Positions 40,316-55,637 are shown, numbered from the stretch's first letter. The stretch is 64,000 nucleotides of DNA from Emiliania huxleyi CCMP1516 (GCF_000372725.1 NW_005202303.1:62001-126000); one strand, 5' to 3'. Translations and numbers: made by a program. The notes: generated by a model not told the origin, from the sequence alone.

Positions 40316-42987
40316 ATGCAGACCACCGCGTTGACAACTGGGCGCTCGGCTACCATACTCCTGCTCGTCGCGGTAGCCGCCTTTCTGTGCCTCATAATCC
40401 CTCTCCGCTCCGGCACACTCGTCGCCAGAGCCGAGCCACAGAGCAGCGAGTCTTGGTCGCACCCGCTCAACGACAACCCAAAGTACTGGCTGGATCCCAA
40501 GTTCTGGCTCCCAGAATACTCGGAGGTGTGGGGCGCGGGGCCTTTCCCGTGGTCCGCCGCGGCCAACTTGGACGACGGTGTGCGAGAGTCGGCCTCCTCT
40601 CCTCTCCTGCCCGCCCACACTGCATGTGCATGTGCATGTGCATGTGCATGTCCACGCTACGCAGGTGCATCGGCGGCGGCGAATGCGGCGACGGGCGCGG
40701 CAGACGCGGCAGCGAACGCGGCAGGGTCGGCGGCAGGGGCGGGCGGCGCCGCGGCGGGCGCAGTGGCGGCAGCAGCGGGCAAGGCGGCGGGGGCGAGTGA
40801 AAGCGGCTGGATGCATCGTGAGATGATACCGATCGACCGTCTCCCGTCGCCCTCCCACTTGTGGGCGCAGCCTCGGGATTGGTTCTAGAACTACAGCCGT
40901 CTGAGCGTCAGGCAGCCCTCGGCTCTCATCTACACATTCTTCTCATTCTTCTTCCATAGGTCTGTCGGCTTCATGAACGTGGAAACGGAGACGAATGTGC
41001 CCGTCAACGTTCAGGCGGCATCCTCCGAGATGTGGCCGAGATATGGATCTCGGCTGATGATTATTGTGTCGGTCGAACGTGCAGCGGCGGCTGCTCCCGC
41101 CCCGCCCGCCATTTCCCCACTCCGGCGATGCCCCCCCCCCCCCCGCCCCTTCTGTCCAGGTCGGCGACACGGCGCAGAAGCAGGCGCCCCGCGCTGCGCT
41201 CTCGAGTCGGTCGCGAGATCTGGCCCGCGAGATGACCCGAGATTGCACGAGATCAGGCGCTCGACGCGACCGTCGCCCTGACAAACACGGCCGTCGCCGA
41301 CCGCCACGGGTGTGCGCGGCCTCCTCCTCTCCTCTCTCCCACGCGGACCGCAGCGGATGGCACGGACATGAACATGCACATGCCACACGCAACACATGCA
41401 CATGTCCATGTAGCATGCACATGCACATGCACATGCACATGCACATGTGCATCTGCATATGTCGCCGGCACCCGCAGGTACGTGCCGGCGGGATACGTCC
41501 GGGCCGATGGGAAGCCCGACCCCGCATCCGCGCACGGGTGGCGGCACAGCTTTGCAAGACGGGGTCCGCTTTTGTCTCGCGAGGGGATCAACTGCTCTCT
41601 CTTCTTCTACCAGGCCAGCCTCGAGCCCGCGGTCGTCGACCTCTCCTCCGCCACTCTGCCACGACACGTGCAGCGCCTACCTCGCCGAGCTGCGCGAGCA
41701 GGCGACAAGTCTGGACGGAACCTTGACTCCGCCTCCTCTCCCACCCGCCTCCTAGAGAGGCTCCGCCCTTGACCCTTTCTGGAAGCTGACGCCCCCTGGA
41801 CTGACACCTCCTAGACACGTCCTTGACGACAGCTGCCGCCAGCCCACCTTCCTGCACAGGGCTTCACCGACTACGACGGCAGCGGCGTGTGCGACGACGG
41901 TGGCGACGGCTCCGCCTGGGGCGCCTGCTCTCACGGTACGACTGCGCCGCCTACGCCGAGGGGTGATGGCGCGTCCATGACATGCGCATGTCCGCGACAC
42001 GTCTGTAGGCCACGACTGCGCGGATTGCGGCCCGAGGGTGGCGCCGCTGGGGCACTCCTCTCCAGGCCAGTACGCGACGATGGCGGGGATGGCCGCATAC
42101 GAGGAGGTGAGGAGTTCCGTGCCAAGAGCACACCCCAGTTTACGCGCAAGCGCACACGCACCACACACTGTCCCACTCGTGTCTCACCGCCGACAGCTGA
42201 ACCCCCCCCCCCCCCTCCCCCAACCCCCTCTCCTTCTCCCATTCCCAGCACTTTGCGCGCGTGGAGACACTGACTTGTGTGGGGATAGTTGCCCGTGAGC
42301 TCGCCTCGCCTCGCCTCTGGGGTGGTCCGAGGGGGGGGGGGGGCTGGGTCGGCGGTGAGCCGTCACACACACACACACACCTCGCTCTCCACAGGGAAAG
42401 AGCTGGCACCCTGGCAAGTACGCGTCGGTGGCGGGGAGGGCGGCGGTGCACGATGGCGCAACGTGGCGGCCAAAAAAGTACGCCAGCATGGCTGGCGCGA
42501 TGGCAGGTCTTCCTCGCGCGGTCAGTCAGTGGGTGGGTGGTACACACTTCCATGTGGTACACACTTCCTGGCGATGAGGCACCACCATCACGTAGCACAG
42601 GGCATGGCACACGAGGCGCTGAGTGTGCGTTCTCAGGGAAAGCATCGCCACAGACGTACACTCGCCTGCCCGGGTAGAAGGACAGGCGGGCCCCCTGCAC
42701 TAGCACACTCGAGAGGGCCGGACACGCGCTCCGCTGTCTTCAGCTGTGCGTCCAGCTGCACCCGTAGCCTTCTCCTCCTCACACAAAGGCACGTCTCTCT
42801 CCTAGAGGTACTCACGCCGTGCCCCTGACTCGGGTGTGTCACGGCATAGGCTCCGGCGAGCAGGGCTGTGGCGGAGGCGTCCCAAAGGACGCGCATGGCT
42901 GCTGCCCGCACACCTACTGCCCCGGCGTGACGGGAGGCAGAGGCGAGGCGGCGCCAGCGGTTGCTGCAGTGGCCGCAGGCGCACCAG

Positions 42988-43047
<60 letters not shown>

Positions 43048-43106
43048 TCTCTCTTCCTCTCTCTTCCTCTCTTCCTCTCTTCCTCCCTCTCTCCCTCCCC
43101 GCCCTC

Positions 43107-43201
<95 letters not shown>

Positions 43202-44054
43202 GCACGCACGCACACACACACGCACGCACACTTCATCACACACAGCACGTCGTACACCCCTCACATCCCCCCCCCCGCCCCCCGCCCCTTCTGTCCAGGT
43301 CGGCGACACGGCGCAGAAGCAGGCGCCCCGCGCTGCGCTCTCGAGTCGGTCGCGAGATCTGGCCCGCGAGATGACCCGAGATTGCTCGAGATCAGGCGCT
43401 CGACGCGACCGTCGCCCTGACAAACACGGCCGTCGCCGACCGCCACGGGTGTGCGCGGCCTCCTCCTCTCCTCTCTCCCACGCGGACCGCAGCGGATGGC
43501 ACGGACATGAACATGCACATGCCACACGCAACATGTCCATGTAGCATGCACATGCACATGCACATGTGCATGTGCATCTGCATATGTCGCCGGCACCCGC
43601 AGGTACGTGCCGGCGGGATACGTCCGGGCCGAGGGCGACCCCTACGCATCGGCAGGCGGCAGTGCCGTCCCCGCCGGGGCCGCCGCCGCCTGGTCGCCGG
43701 CTGCAAAAGGGGCGGCGAGCAACCCGGCCGTCAGCACCGTCTCCACGTGGGCTCACTTGATGGGCGCGCGAGATGATCCGAGATCACACGAGAGCACACG
43801 AGGTGGCCCGGAGGCACCCGCACCTTGAGCGACAGCGCACACCTGGCACACACAAGCGGCTCCCTCCCCCTTCCGAAGCTTCCGTATATGCGCAGGTGTC
43901 AAGGCGCTGATCACGCCGCCGCCGCCGCCGCCGCCCGGCGTGGTAGAATCCTTTCTCTCGGGCGTGGCGGGCTCGCTCGACGGCGGGCGCGCCTCTTCTC
44001 GCCGATGCCCCGCTTCTCCACCCTCACGCGCCCGCCCGACCCCCTCTTCTCGCT

Positions 44055-44126
<72 letters not shown>

Positions 44127-44133
44127 CCCCCCC

Positions 44134-44173
<40 letters not shown>

Positions 44174-44302
44174 ACCCCCAGGGGCCGCCTTCCCCACACC
44201 CACTTGTTGGACACCAGGCTCATCGGTGCCGGCCTGCCCACGCTTTTCACGCCGCCGCCGCCGCCGCCCCCGGATGTGGTGCACACAATCCTCTTCGAGT
44301 GA
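40316..44302 (+). CDS. Putative secreted/membrane Cys-rich protein, multi-exon, with an internal exon duplication
   Basis: Signal/TM segment ILLLVAVAAFLCLIIPL; spliced motif GVCDDGGDGSAWGACSHGHDCADCGPR; exon structure only partly resolved. Confidence 0.45.
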
Positions 44303-44858
44303 CGTGTGCGCGCCTGTACATATGTGTATATTGTACAGTACTTGTACGTGACCTCTATAAAGCCGTAGTGTTAGAGAGGTCACGACTCACGTCCCGCAGG
44401 GGGCCACTTTTGTTGTTTCTATCCCGGAGGCAGTGCCCGCACGCCGCAGCCCGGCGACGCGGCAACCGGGGGGGGGGGGGGGTCGGACCGCTCCGGAGAG
44501 GGACCTCACAAGTCTATAGTCACAATTCCCCCGCCCGCACTTGGTTTGCGCCACCGCCAGGGCGAAGCCCGCGAAGCGCGAAGGGTGAGACAGCTTGGTA
44601 CGTGTGTTTGACCTCTTTGAGGTTAATAGAGTAAGTGAGTGCAAAGTGGGATACGGTTCCCTTCCACGCCGTGACCTTGGTGTTTGCGGCGAGCGGGGGG
44701 GGGCGGGGGGCGGGGTGCCGTCGGACCTCCCGTCCTCCGCGCCCCGGAGAGGCAGACCGGCTAGCAGACCGGTGGACCTCACAAGTCACATTCCCGCCTC
44801 GAGGAGGAGCGCCTCGCCTAGAGTTCGGGTGTGGGCCCGCGCACTACTGGGATTGGGC

Positions 44859-44957
44859 CGATTCCGCATGGTACGGGACCCCTCGATCGTCTCGCCCTCC
44901 CTCTCACTGGTGTGTTCAAAGGGGGGGGGGGGGGTCATATTAACAAACACACACGGT
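44859..44957 (+). repeat. Dispersed repeat (cgattccgcatggtacgggacccctcg family)
   Basis: Direct copy at 60787-60908; inverted copy at 50838-50894. Confidence 0.75.
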
Positions 44958-45392
44958 CAGGATCGAGGTAAAGCGCACTGCTTGACCCTGAGGGTGATAG
45001 CTTGTGTGAGGTGGTCTAATGGGTCCTGTTTAAGGCGACAGTCTAGGGGAGTTGGCGGGAGGGTCGGCAGCTCAGCCGAGAGAGCACTCCTTCGAAGGCT
45101 ATAATGGGCTGACGCCTGACGGCTGAGCGTCTGCGGGCGCAGAGCCTTCCGCCCGGGTTCAGTGGCAAAGTGTCGCGTGCCCAAACGGGTGTTTTCTCAG
45201 TTTTCATGCACACCCGGCCACAGCCGAGCCGCGCGACGGATAACCCACGTACACACCGAAGGCGCGGCACTCAAAAGCCAGAGGGGGTGCATGCGATGGA
45301 CGAGTTATTCGGATGCATGGGTAGGTGGATGGACGCAGGGATCAGGCACCGGACCTTGCGGGCAGCGGCTCAACGACAACCCCCGTCTGCTT

Positions 45393-48300
45393 TCAGCGGA
45401 AACCCCCCCCGATGGGGTATGCCGCGACGGGCGCCTTGCCCTCATAAACGTCGACCAGCGCGCGGATGATGCGCTCTGGCTCGCGCGCCTCGAAGATGGC
45501 GGCGAGCTCTCGGAACTTGGCCACCGGGAGGGCGCTGTCCACCTCCCCGCAGCACTGCGTCGCGTTGAAGCGGTGGACCGAGCCGTCGGGCCGGCGGAGC
45601 TCGAGGGTCCTGGTGCAGCGCAGGCACGTGCCGCCGACCCAGGGCGGATGGAGGGCGCACGTGCGCGCGACCCCTGTCGCCAGCGCGTCGAGCACGCACG
45701 GCTCGATGAGCTTCGCCTGCATCTGGCGAGCCAGGTCCGGGTCGTAGCCGCCCACGATGAAGCCCCCAAGAGTGTGGGCCGAGATGAGCCCGTAAGGCGC
45801 GCCCAGCGGGCAGCCAGACTTGAGGACATGGATGTGCTGGCGGAAGCCTTCGTACACCAGCGGGTCGTGCGAGAATGCCCCCTGCCGAGCAGGCCACGCC
45901 GGGCACCACTCGCCGCCGTGGTGCGAGGAGTTGGCCCAGGTCTGCAGTATCCTTTCCATAATCGGATCGCGCTTAAACAGGTAAGTCCCCATGTTGAAGA
46001 CGCCGCCCAGTCGAGCATCACGGCAGGGGTACTCTTCGACAACGGCCATCACCCTGCCGCCGGGGCGTTTCTGCGTCAGACCGCTCTCGCGGAATAAGGG
46101 ATCGAGCCGCGCCGATGGCTGGACCATCCATTGGTCGAGCTCGGTGTACATGAAATAGTCTATGTGGGCATACGCCTTGTCCCTGAGGGTTGCAATCAGC
46201 CGGTTGTTTGCGTTCCAGTCCGCAACCATGATTGGATTGCAGCCCTGTCTGGCCGACTTCGCCACCGGGAATACCTGAATAAAGGTGTACCCCCTTTTGT
46301 TGCAGTACTTCGTCCACATCTCGACTCCGGGATGTATTTTGCGGTCATCCACCGTGACGATCCCGATGTTGAGACGCAGCGCCTCTTTCTGCTCTGCGTC
46401 CCGGCACATTCTCGCGAGGCGGGCGCAGTTGTCGCCTGCGCAATACGCATTCAACGCCGAGGTGCTCCCGTGTGGGTAGAAAGTGGGCGCCGCGTAGCCT
46501 GGGTCCGCTCGCCTCCACTCCACCTCAAGCGCGGAGCGGTTGAGGCAGGTGGCGTAGTCGCGGAACTGGTTGGGCTCCGTGATGGGCAGCTCCGCGACTC
46601 GTTCCATCTGCTCCTCGCAGCCAGGTGCCATATCGCAAATCCCACTGGCATGGCAATCTCCGGGAGCGGGCGTCGCCGTCGCTCCGCTTCTCATGGCCGC
46701 CGTATCTTGCATCACCTCAGAGCCAACCGCCCAGGCCGACGGCATGGGGCTGGCGAGCTCCGGAAGGAGGAGGTGCATGCCGAGGCTATAGCTTGCGACG
46801 GGCGCCTTGCCCTCATAAACGTCGACCAGCGCGCGGATGATGCGCTCTGGCTCGCGCGCCTCGAAGATGGCGGCGAGCTCTCGGAACTTGGCCACCGGGA
46901 GGGCGCTGTCCACCTCCCCGCAGCACTGCGTCGCGTTGAAGCGATGGACCGAGCCGTCGGGCCGGCGGAGCTCGAGGGTCCTGGTGCAGCGCAGGCACGT
47001 GCCGCCGACCCAGGGCGGATGGAGGGCGCACGTGCGCGCGACCCCTGTCGCCAGCGCGTCGAGCACGCACGGCTCGATGAGCTTCGCCTGCACGGTGCGC
47101 GCGCGAGCGGCATCGTAGACGCCAGGTACCGTGCCGTTGCCTTGCGCGTGGGCAAGGACCGGGCTGAACGGCGCGCCCAGCGGGCAGTCAGACACTGTCG
47201 CGTTGATCTCCTCCCTGAATGTGTGATAAACCTCCGGATCGCGCCAGAATGCCCCCTGCCGTGCGGGCCATTCTGGCGCCCATGGACCGCTGTGCATGCG
47301 CGACTTTGACCACGCGTCCAGGATCTTCAGCGTCATCTTGTGGCGCTTGTATAGTATGACGCCAAGGGAGAAGTCTTGAGCTGCACAACCAAAGCTAGCA
47401 GAGACGGCCATCATTGTCTTTGGCTTGGTGAGGCCGGCATTCACAAAGAGCGGCTCGAGGGGAGCGAGTGGTTTGACCATCCACTGGTCGAGCTCGACAT
47501 AGACGAAGTAGGAGAGGCGTGCGTACTTGTCTGACTGAAGAGTAACTCGCAGTCGCGAAGTGACGCTCCAGTCCTGCAGCAGGACCGGCTCTGGTAGCCC
47601 AGGCTTGCGCCGCGCCTTGGCCTGGACGCCGCCCGGGTGGAGCTGAATGTATGTGTAGTTGTGAGCGGCAGCATATCTCTTCCACAGGAATACTCCCAAG
47701 TGCGCGGGTCGTGTGTCGACCGTCACGACGCCGATGGAGGCTGCTGTGAGGGGCGTCTCCTTGACCCTCGCGGCTTCATTCGGTGTTCGCTTTGCCCATG
47801 GCACTGCAAGCAGGCTTTGCATCGCCTGGCGGTAGTAGTCGTGCTTCGCGGAGCCATTGGCGGAGGCCGCGCATCCCTCAGGAAGTGCGTAGCCATTGCA
47901 TATGTAGTCCGGCAGGTAGGTGACGCACACCAGGCGTTTCAGCTCGTCTGAAAAACCGAGCACGCGCTCCACTAGCATCTCTCTTCTCCGGTATGCAGGG
48001 ATTTGCGTCGTGACTGGTTCTTCGACCAGGCAAGCGTTCGGGCTGCACCCCTTGTGTGCGTTGCTGCACGGCGCCTCGTTAACACCCAGCTTCTTCAAGA
48101 ACTTCCTCATGTCGTCGGCCTCGTGCTCAAAGCGGAATAAAAAGTCGACCCGGCCAAGGAAGGCCAGGTCACTCCACTGGGGCGATGCCATCTCGTCGCC
48201 GAACCAGCTGTTGCCTCCGCACCCAAGGGTGTGGCGGGCCGCCGCCCATAGAAATGCTCGCAACGCTTCCTCGGAGGGGGGGGTGCTTGCGTTTCTTTGA

Positions 48301-50417
48301 CCTTCATCTACCAATGTACCGTAGAAACGGGTCGATGCCAGATTCGATACCCGTTCTGCGGTCGCTGGGAATTGTAGGCTAAGGTTCCCGATGGAGAGGC
48401 GGTTCACGTTTCCCCAGCTGCAGCCGCTGGAAGGCTCGCGGCCGTCAGCACACGCGTAAACAGCTGCCGGGTTTTTGCCATCCAGGTCACGCAAGAGGCG
48501 TGTTGTCAGCTTGTCAAAGGCAGAGAGCGCGCGCGTCCATGGGTCACGGGCGGAAGCTATCCAGAGATAGTCTGGATCTGCCGGCGCGCCTGCGGTGGGC
48601 TCAGCGCCAAGGGCGCACTGCAGCCAGTGTGATAGCCTGGGGCTGCCGGCGTTGCGCACGTCTCTGAAAACGAATCGGTGCTTGTGAGACACTAATGTCC
48701 CGACCCTGCGAACATTCATTGATTCGCCGGGTCGGCTTTGCCTGAAACATGATGGGAAGGTCGACATGGCAGCGCCGAGCCAAGGCACAAGTGAATCCGA
48801 ACATTCTTGTTGGGGTTGCTTGTGCTCGTGGGCGGTCAGCTGTCCCGGGATGCACCTGTCCAGCCGCAGGTATGGTCGGCTTGTGTGCACCACGCCGTTC
48901 CTCGCCACAGCGCAGGTGCACGTCCCGTCCACCACGGTCGCGACTGAGCACGAGCATGTTCTCTGCCTGCTGCGGTTGTTGTAAAGTACGGTACGTTTTG
49001 ATACTGGCTTTTTAGGGGGGCTCAGAAAGGCCAGACTGCTGCTGCCCGTAAGCGTGCGCATCGTAGGCTCCAACCAGGGGAAGCGCGCCGATGCATTTCC
49101 GAGGGAGCAATGCTCAGGAAGCTCGTAGCCGTTGCAGAGCATGTCCGGCAAGTAAAGCGCGCACATCAGCCGCTGCAACAGTGCCAAGCCGTCATTTGCT
49201 GATGAATCGGCCTCTTTGGCAATAGATTTGGCACTCGTAGCACCCACGGAATCCATCATATCTTCACCATCTCTGCTGAGAATCGATCCGCCTGTGACCA
49301 AAGCCTTTAGTTTTGCGCCCACGTCATTGCCCTGGCTACCAATCTGGCACATCTCTTTCCTGCATTTCGGACGCACGGCGGACCAGCAGCGATCGCTGAG
49401 TGTGCTACCACGTCGGCGAAGCACCTCGAGGAAGCGCCGCTGGTCGTCTTCCATGTGCTCGACGCGAAACACAAAGTCCACGCGTCCCAGCCCGGCAAAG
49501 TGCATCCACTGCGGCGTCAGATGCTCACCCACAAACCAGTCTCCGCCACAGCCAAGCACATTATTTTGAGCACTGAGCCGAAGCATGTTCGCAAACTCCG
49601 CAGCGGAGCCGGTGAAGGGATGATTCTCCTTGTAGAAGGAGGAGGATGCCAGCCTCTCCACCAGGTCTGCCACAGACGGGATGTTTTGGCGAAGCCTTCC
49701 GAGCGGCATGGCATTCACATCGCCCCAGGTGCAGCCAGGCAGATCCTCTTCGCTAACGCAGCGGCGCACCTCGGCCGACGGACGCCCATTGAGCTCTCTC
49801 TGAATCTGAATCAGGACCTGTCCGTAGCCCGATGCAGTTCGAGTCCACGGGTTGCGCGTTGATGAGACACGCAAATAGTCAGCGGGAACGGGGTTGACGG
49901 CTTTGACGGCGCCAAGCGCACACATGAACCACAGGATGAGCGTGTTTGATCCCGCCTTGGCGTTAAGGTGAAACACAAAGCGGTGCTCATGCGAGACAAG
50001 GTCGGCATAGACACCGGCCGCAGACGTGTTGTCCACCTCCATGAAGCAGTGCTTTGGAGCCACATTGCGCGCAGCCTGCGACCACGCTTCGACGGCCGCA
50101 TTTATGCTCGACGTCTCTGTGAGGTTGTGTGCTGCAAGCAACCCCGGAAAGCATTGGTCGACGCGCAGCTGCGGGAATGAGGCGTGCGCGACGGCCATGT
50201 GTGTGTGTGTGTGTCGCCACCAACCACGCCTCCTCGGAGGTCGAGGTCGGAGACGCTCACCGGAAGCGCCGTTTCGACGCTCAATATCGCCGCTAGTTTC
50301 ACCGAGGTACCATCGGTCTCGGCACCGCACCCGTGCTGCCACAAAGCACAATGTGCTGCCACAAAGCACCACTAGCGATTTCGCGCGGAGGGCGTAGTGA
50401 AGTGCTGGGGCGCTCAC
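45393..50417 (-). CDS. Intronless multidomain protein: 2 carbohydrate-sulfotransferase (Sulfotransfer_2-like) domains plus 2 GT34/MNN10-like glycosyltransferase domains; start uncertain (first ATG at 50198)
   Basis: ST1: LVSHEHRFVFHLNAKAGSNTL, RNPWTRTASGY, EHLTPQW, VDFVFRVEHMEDD, LYLPDMLCNGY. ST2: LVSHKHRFVF, RDPWTRALSAF, VDFLFRFEHEADD, YLPDYICNGY. GT repeats: IG(V/I)VTVD, W.(R/K)Y....YT(Y/F), YF.Y.ELDQW, FNMGTYLFK, WPARQGAF. Confidence 0.75.
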   Translation of the reverse strand: MSAPALHYALRAKSLVVLCGSTLCFVAARVRCRDRWYLGETSGDIERRNGASGERLRPRPPRRRGWWRHTHTHMAVAHASFPQLRVDQCFPGLLAAHNLTETSSINAAVEAWSQAARNVAPKHCFMEVDNTSAAGVYADLVSHEHRFVFHLNAKAGSNTLILWFMCALGAVKAVNPVPADYLRVSSTRNPWTRTASGYGQVLIQIQRELNGRPSAEVRRCVSEEDLPGCTWGDVNAMPLGRLRQNIPSVADLVERLASSSFYKENHPFTGSAAEFANMLRLSAQNNVLGCGGDWFVGEHLTPQWMHFAGLGRVDFVFRVEHMEDDQRRFLEVLRRRGSTLSDRCWSAVRPKCRKEMCQIGSQGNDVGAKLKALVTGGSILSRDGEDMMDSVGATSAKSIAKEADSSANDGLALLQRLMCALYLPDMLCNGYELPEHCSLGNASARFPWLEPTMRTLTGSSSLAFLSPPKKPVSKRTVLYNNRSRQRTCSCSVATVVDGTCTCAVARNGVVHTSRPYLRLDRCIPGQLTAHEHKQPQQECSDSLVPWLGAAMSTFPSCFRQSRPGESMNVRRVGTLVSHKHRFVFRDVRNAGSPRLSHWLQCALGAEPTAGAPADPDYLWIASARDPWTRALSAFDKLTTRLLRDLDGKNPAAVYACADGREPSSGCSWGNVNRLSIGNLSLQFPATAERVSNLASTRFYGTLVDEGQRNASTPPSEEALRAFLWAAARHTLGCGGNSWFGDEMASPQWSDLAFLGRVDFLFRFEHEADDMRKFLKKLGVNEAPCSNAHKGCSPNACLVEEPVTTQIPAYRRREMLVERVLGFSDELKRLVCVTYLPDYICNGYALPEGCAASANGSAKHDYYRQAMQSLLAVPWAKRTPNEAARVKETPLTAASIGVVTVDTRPAHLGVFLWKRYAAAHNYTYIQLHPGGVQAKARRKPGLPEPVLLQDWSVTSRLRVTLQSDKYARLSYFVYVELDQWMVKPLAPLEPLFVNAGLTKPKTMMAVSASFGCAAQDFSLGVILYKRHKMTLKILDAWSKSRMHSGPWAPEWPARQGAFWRDPEVYHTFREEINATVSDCPLGAPFSPVLAHAQGNGTVPGVYDAARARTVQAKLIEPCVLDALATGVARTCALHPPWVGGTCLRCTRTLELRRPDGSVHRFNATQCCGEVDSALPVAKFRELAAIFEAREPERIIRALVDVYEGKAPVASYSLGMHLLLPELASPMPSAWAVGSEVMQDTAAMRSGATATPAPGDCHASGICDMAPGCEEQMERVAELPITEPNQFRDYATCLNRSALEVEWRRADPGYAAPTFYPHGSTSALNAYCAGDNCARLARMCRDAEQKEALRLNIGIVTVDDRKIHPGVEMWTKYCNKRGYTFIQVFPVAKSARQGCNPIMVADWNANNRLIATLRDKAYAHIDYFMYTELDQWMVQPSARLDPLFRESGLTQKRPGGRVMAVVEEYPCRDARLGGVFNMGTYLFKRDPIMERILQTWANSSHHGGEWCPAWPARQGAFSHDPLVYEGFRQHIHVLKSGCPLGAPYGLISAHTLGGFIVGGYDPDLARQMQAKLIEPCVLDALATGVARTCALHPPWVGGTCLRCTRTLELRRPDGSVHRFNATQCCGEVDSALPVAKFRELAAIFEAREPERIIRALVDVYEGKAPVAAYPIGGGFR

Positions 50418-51210
50418 TGGGCCGCTTACTGTGTGTTATTCGGGTGGGGATCCATCAGTCAGTGGTAAGCGGCTTTAGTCACAGATCCAAGCTCAGACGT
50501 CACACCAACACCACAAACACGCTCACTTCGCCGCTGCTGTAGATGGGCCTCTGGGCCCATGCTACGTCGAAGCACAGACTCGAGTTTGAGTTCACACTCT
50601 CCAACACTGCCACTCTCAAGCCCTACAAGCATCAGGGGAGGGTCGACATCGTGATTTCGTGGCTGTTCTTTCTTTTTCTGCTGTGAAATATTCGGCGTGA
50701 AGAGAGGGAAAACCCCGAGAGGGGGAGTGCCAGACACCCACACGGCGCAGGTCCCCGGCAGAGCAGAAAAACGCGCTTCCAGAAAGCGTCTTGCGCGGCC
50801 GCACCGGAATCCGCACCGACAAAGTAGATAGATAGATAGACGAGGGGTCCCGTACCATGCGGAATCGACCCTATCCAGTGCTCAAGTGCTCAAGATAGAC
50901 GAGAACCACTACGCTGAATTTCGGCAGCGGTAGACGGACGGGCGAGCTACAGCTGACTAGATGCCGATCGATATCCCAGTCGCCGCGGTGATCGAGACTG
51001 GCTGCTCCGTCCGCTGTGAATAAGGAAACTAGGCCCGGGGTTTTGTTTATGTGAACTAGGCCCGCGGGTAGTCTCCCCCCATCCCCAGGGCCTAGGGCTC
51101 GCACCTCAACCTCCGATAAACCAGCGAAAAAAGAATATTTTCTGCTCAAGATGTCAAGAACAAGGTCTGTGAAAAGGAAAATTCTCCAGTCTGGCCGTCA
51201 GGCGTGCAGC

Positions 51211-54742
<3,532 letters not shown>

Positions 54743-54830
54743 GCCCCGCCGCCCCGTGCGGACGTCCCCCCTGCCGCTCGCCGGTGCCGGTGCCTCCCTG
54801 TGCCTCTTCCTCCCCTCCCTCTGACTCCTT

Positions 54831-55012
<182 letters not shown>

Positions 55013-55407
55013 ACACGACCGTCACACTGATCACTGTGTTGTCTCTTGACTGTGGGAAAAGGGGACCTACCCCAATTTCTGATCGTGGGAGGGGACGCCA
55101 GGACCGTGTCGCTGGGACGTGGGACGCTGGCAGACCGCCAGGGTCTCTCCACACGGCTCCAGAGGGAGGGCAGGGGGGCCGGGGACGTGGCGTCGCGGTG
55201 GGACGAGAGTCACGCACGCCACGTTGCTCGACGTTGGTCTCGTACGGGTCGTTGCTCGCGCGTCGTTGGACGTTGGTCGTCGCCCGTTGCGGCCGGCGCC
55301 GGGGATCCCCGTGGGTGGCGGGGGTAAAAACGTAAAGCCGTATAGCCGAGCGCTTAACACCCACACACTGTCACTGAGCCCCCCACACCCCACAGACCCG
55401 GGACCCG

Positions 55408-55558
55408 GGTAAGGTAAGGTAAGGTAAACTTATCCACACACACGAGGTGGTGGGGCAAGGGGGGGCAACCCTCGGCCTCGCGTCTCCACGTCTGACGACA
55501 GGAGCCCCACGGCATTCAAAGTGCAAGGCCCAGTGCGCGTGGGCGAGCGGTGTTGTGT

Positions 55559-55637
<79 letters not shown>
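55408..55637 (-). mobile_element. Intergenic copy of the (CA)n...(CTTAC)n SINE-like element
   Basis: The reverse complement reads (CA)n-caccgctcgcccacgcgcactgggccttgcactttgaatgcc...gacgtggagacgcgagg...cccttgccccaccacc.cgtgtgtgtggataagtttaccttaccttaccttacc, matching 1557-1879. Confidence 0.7.

Noticed and set aside
46131..47309. Plus-strand ORFs sharing repeated peptides (also 45162-46097)
   Set aside because: Antisense reflections of the 298-bp duplication in the minus-strand fusion gene.
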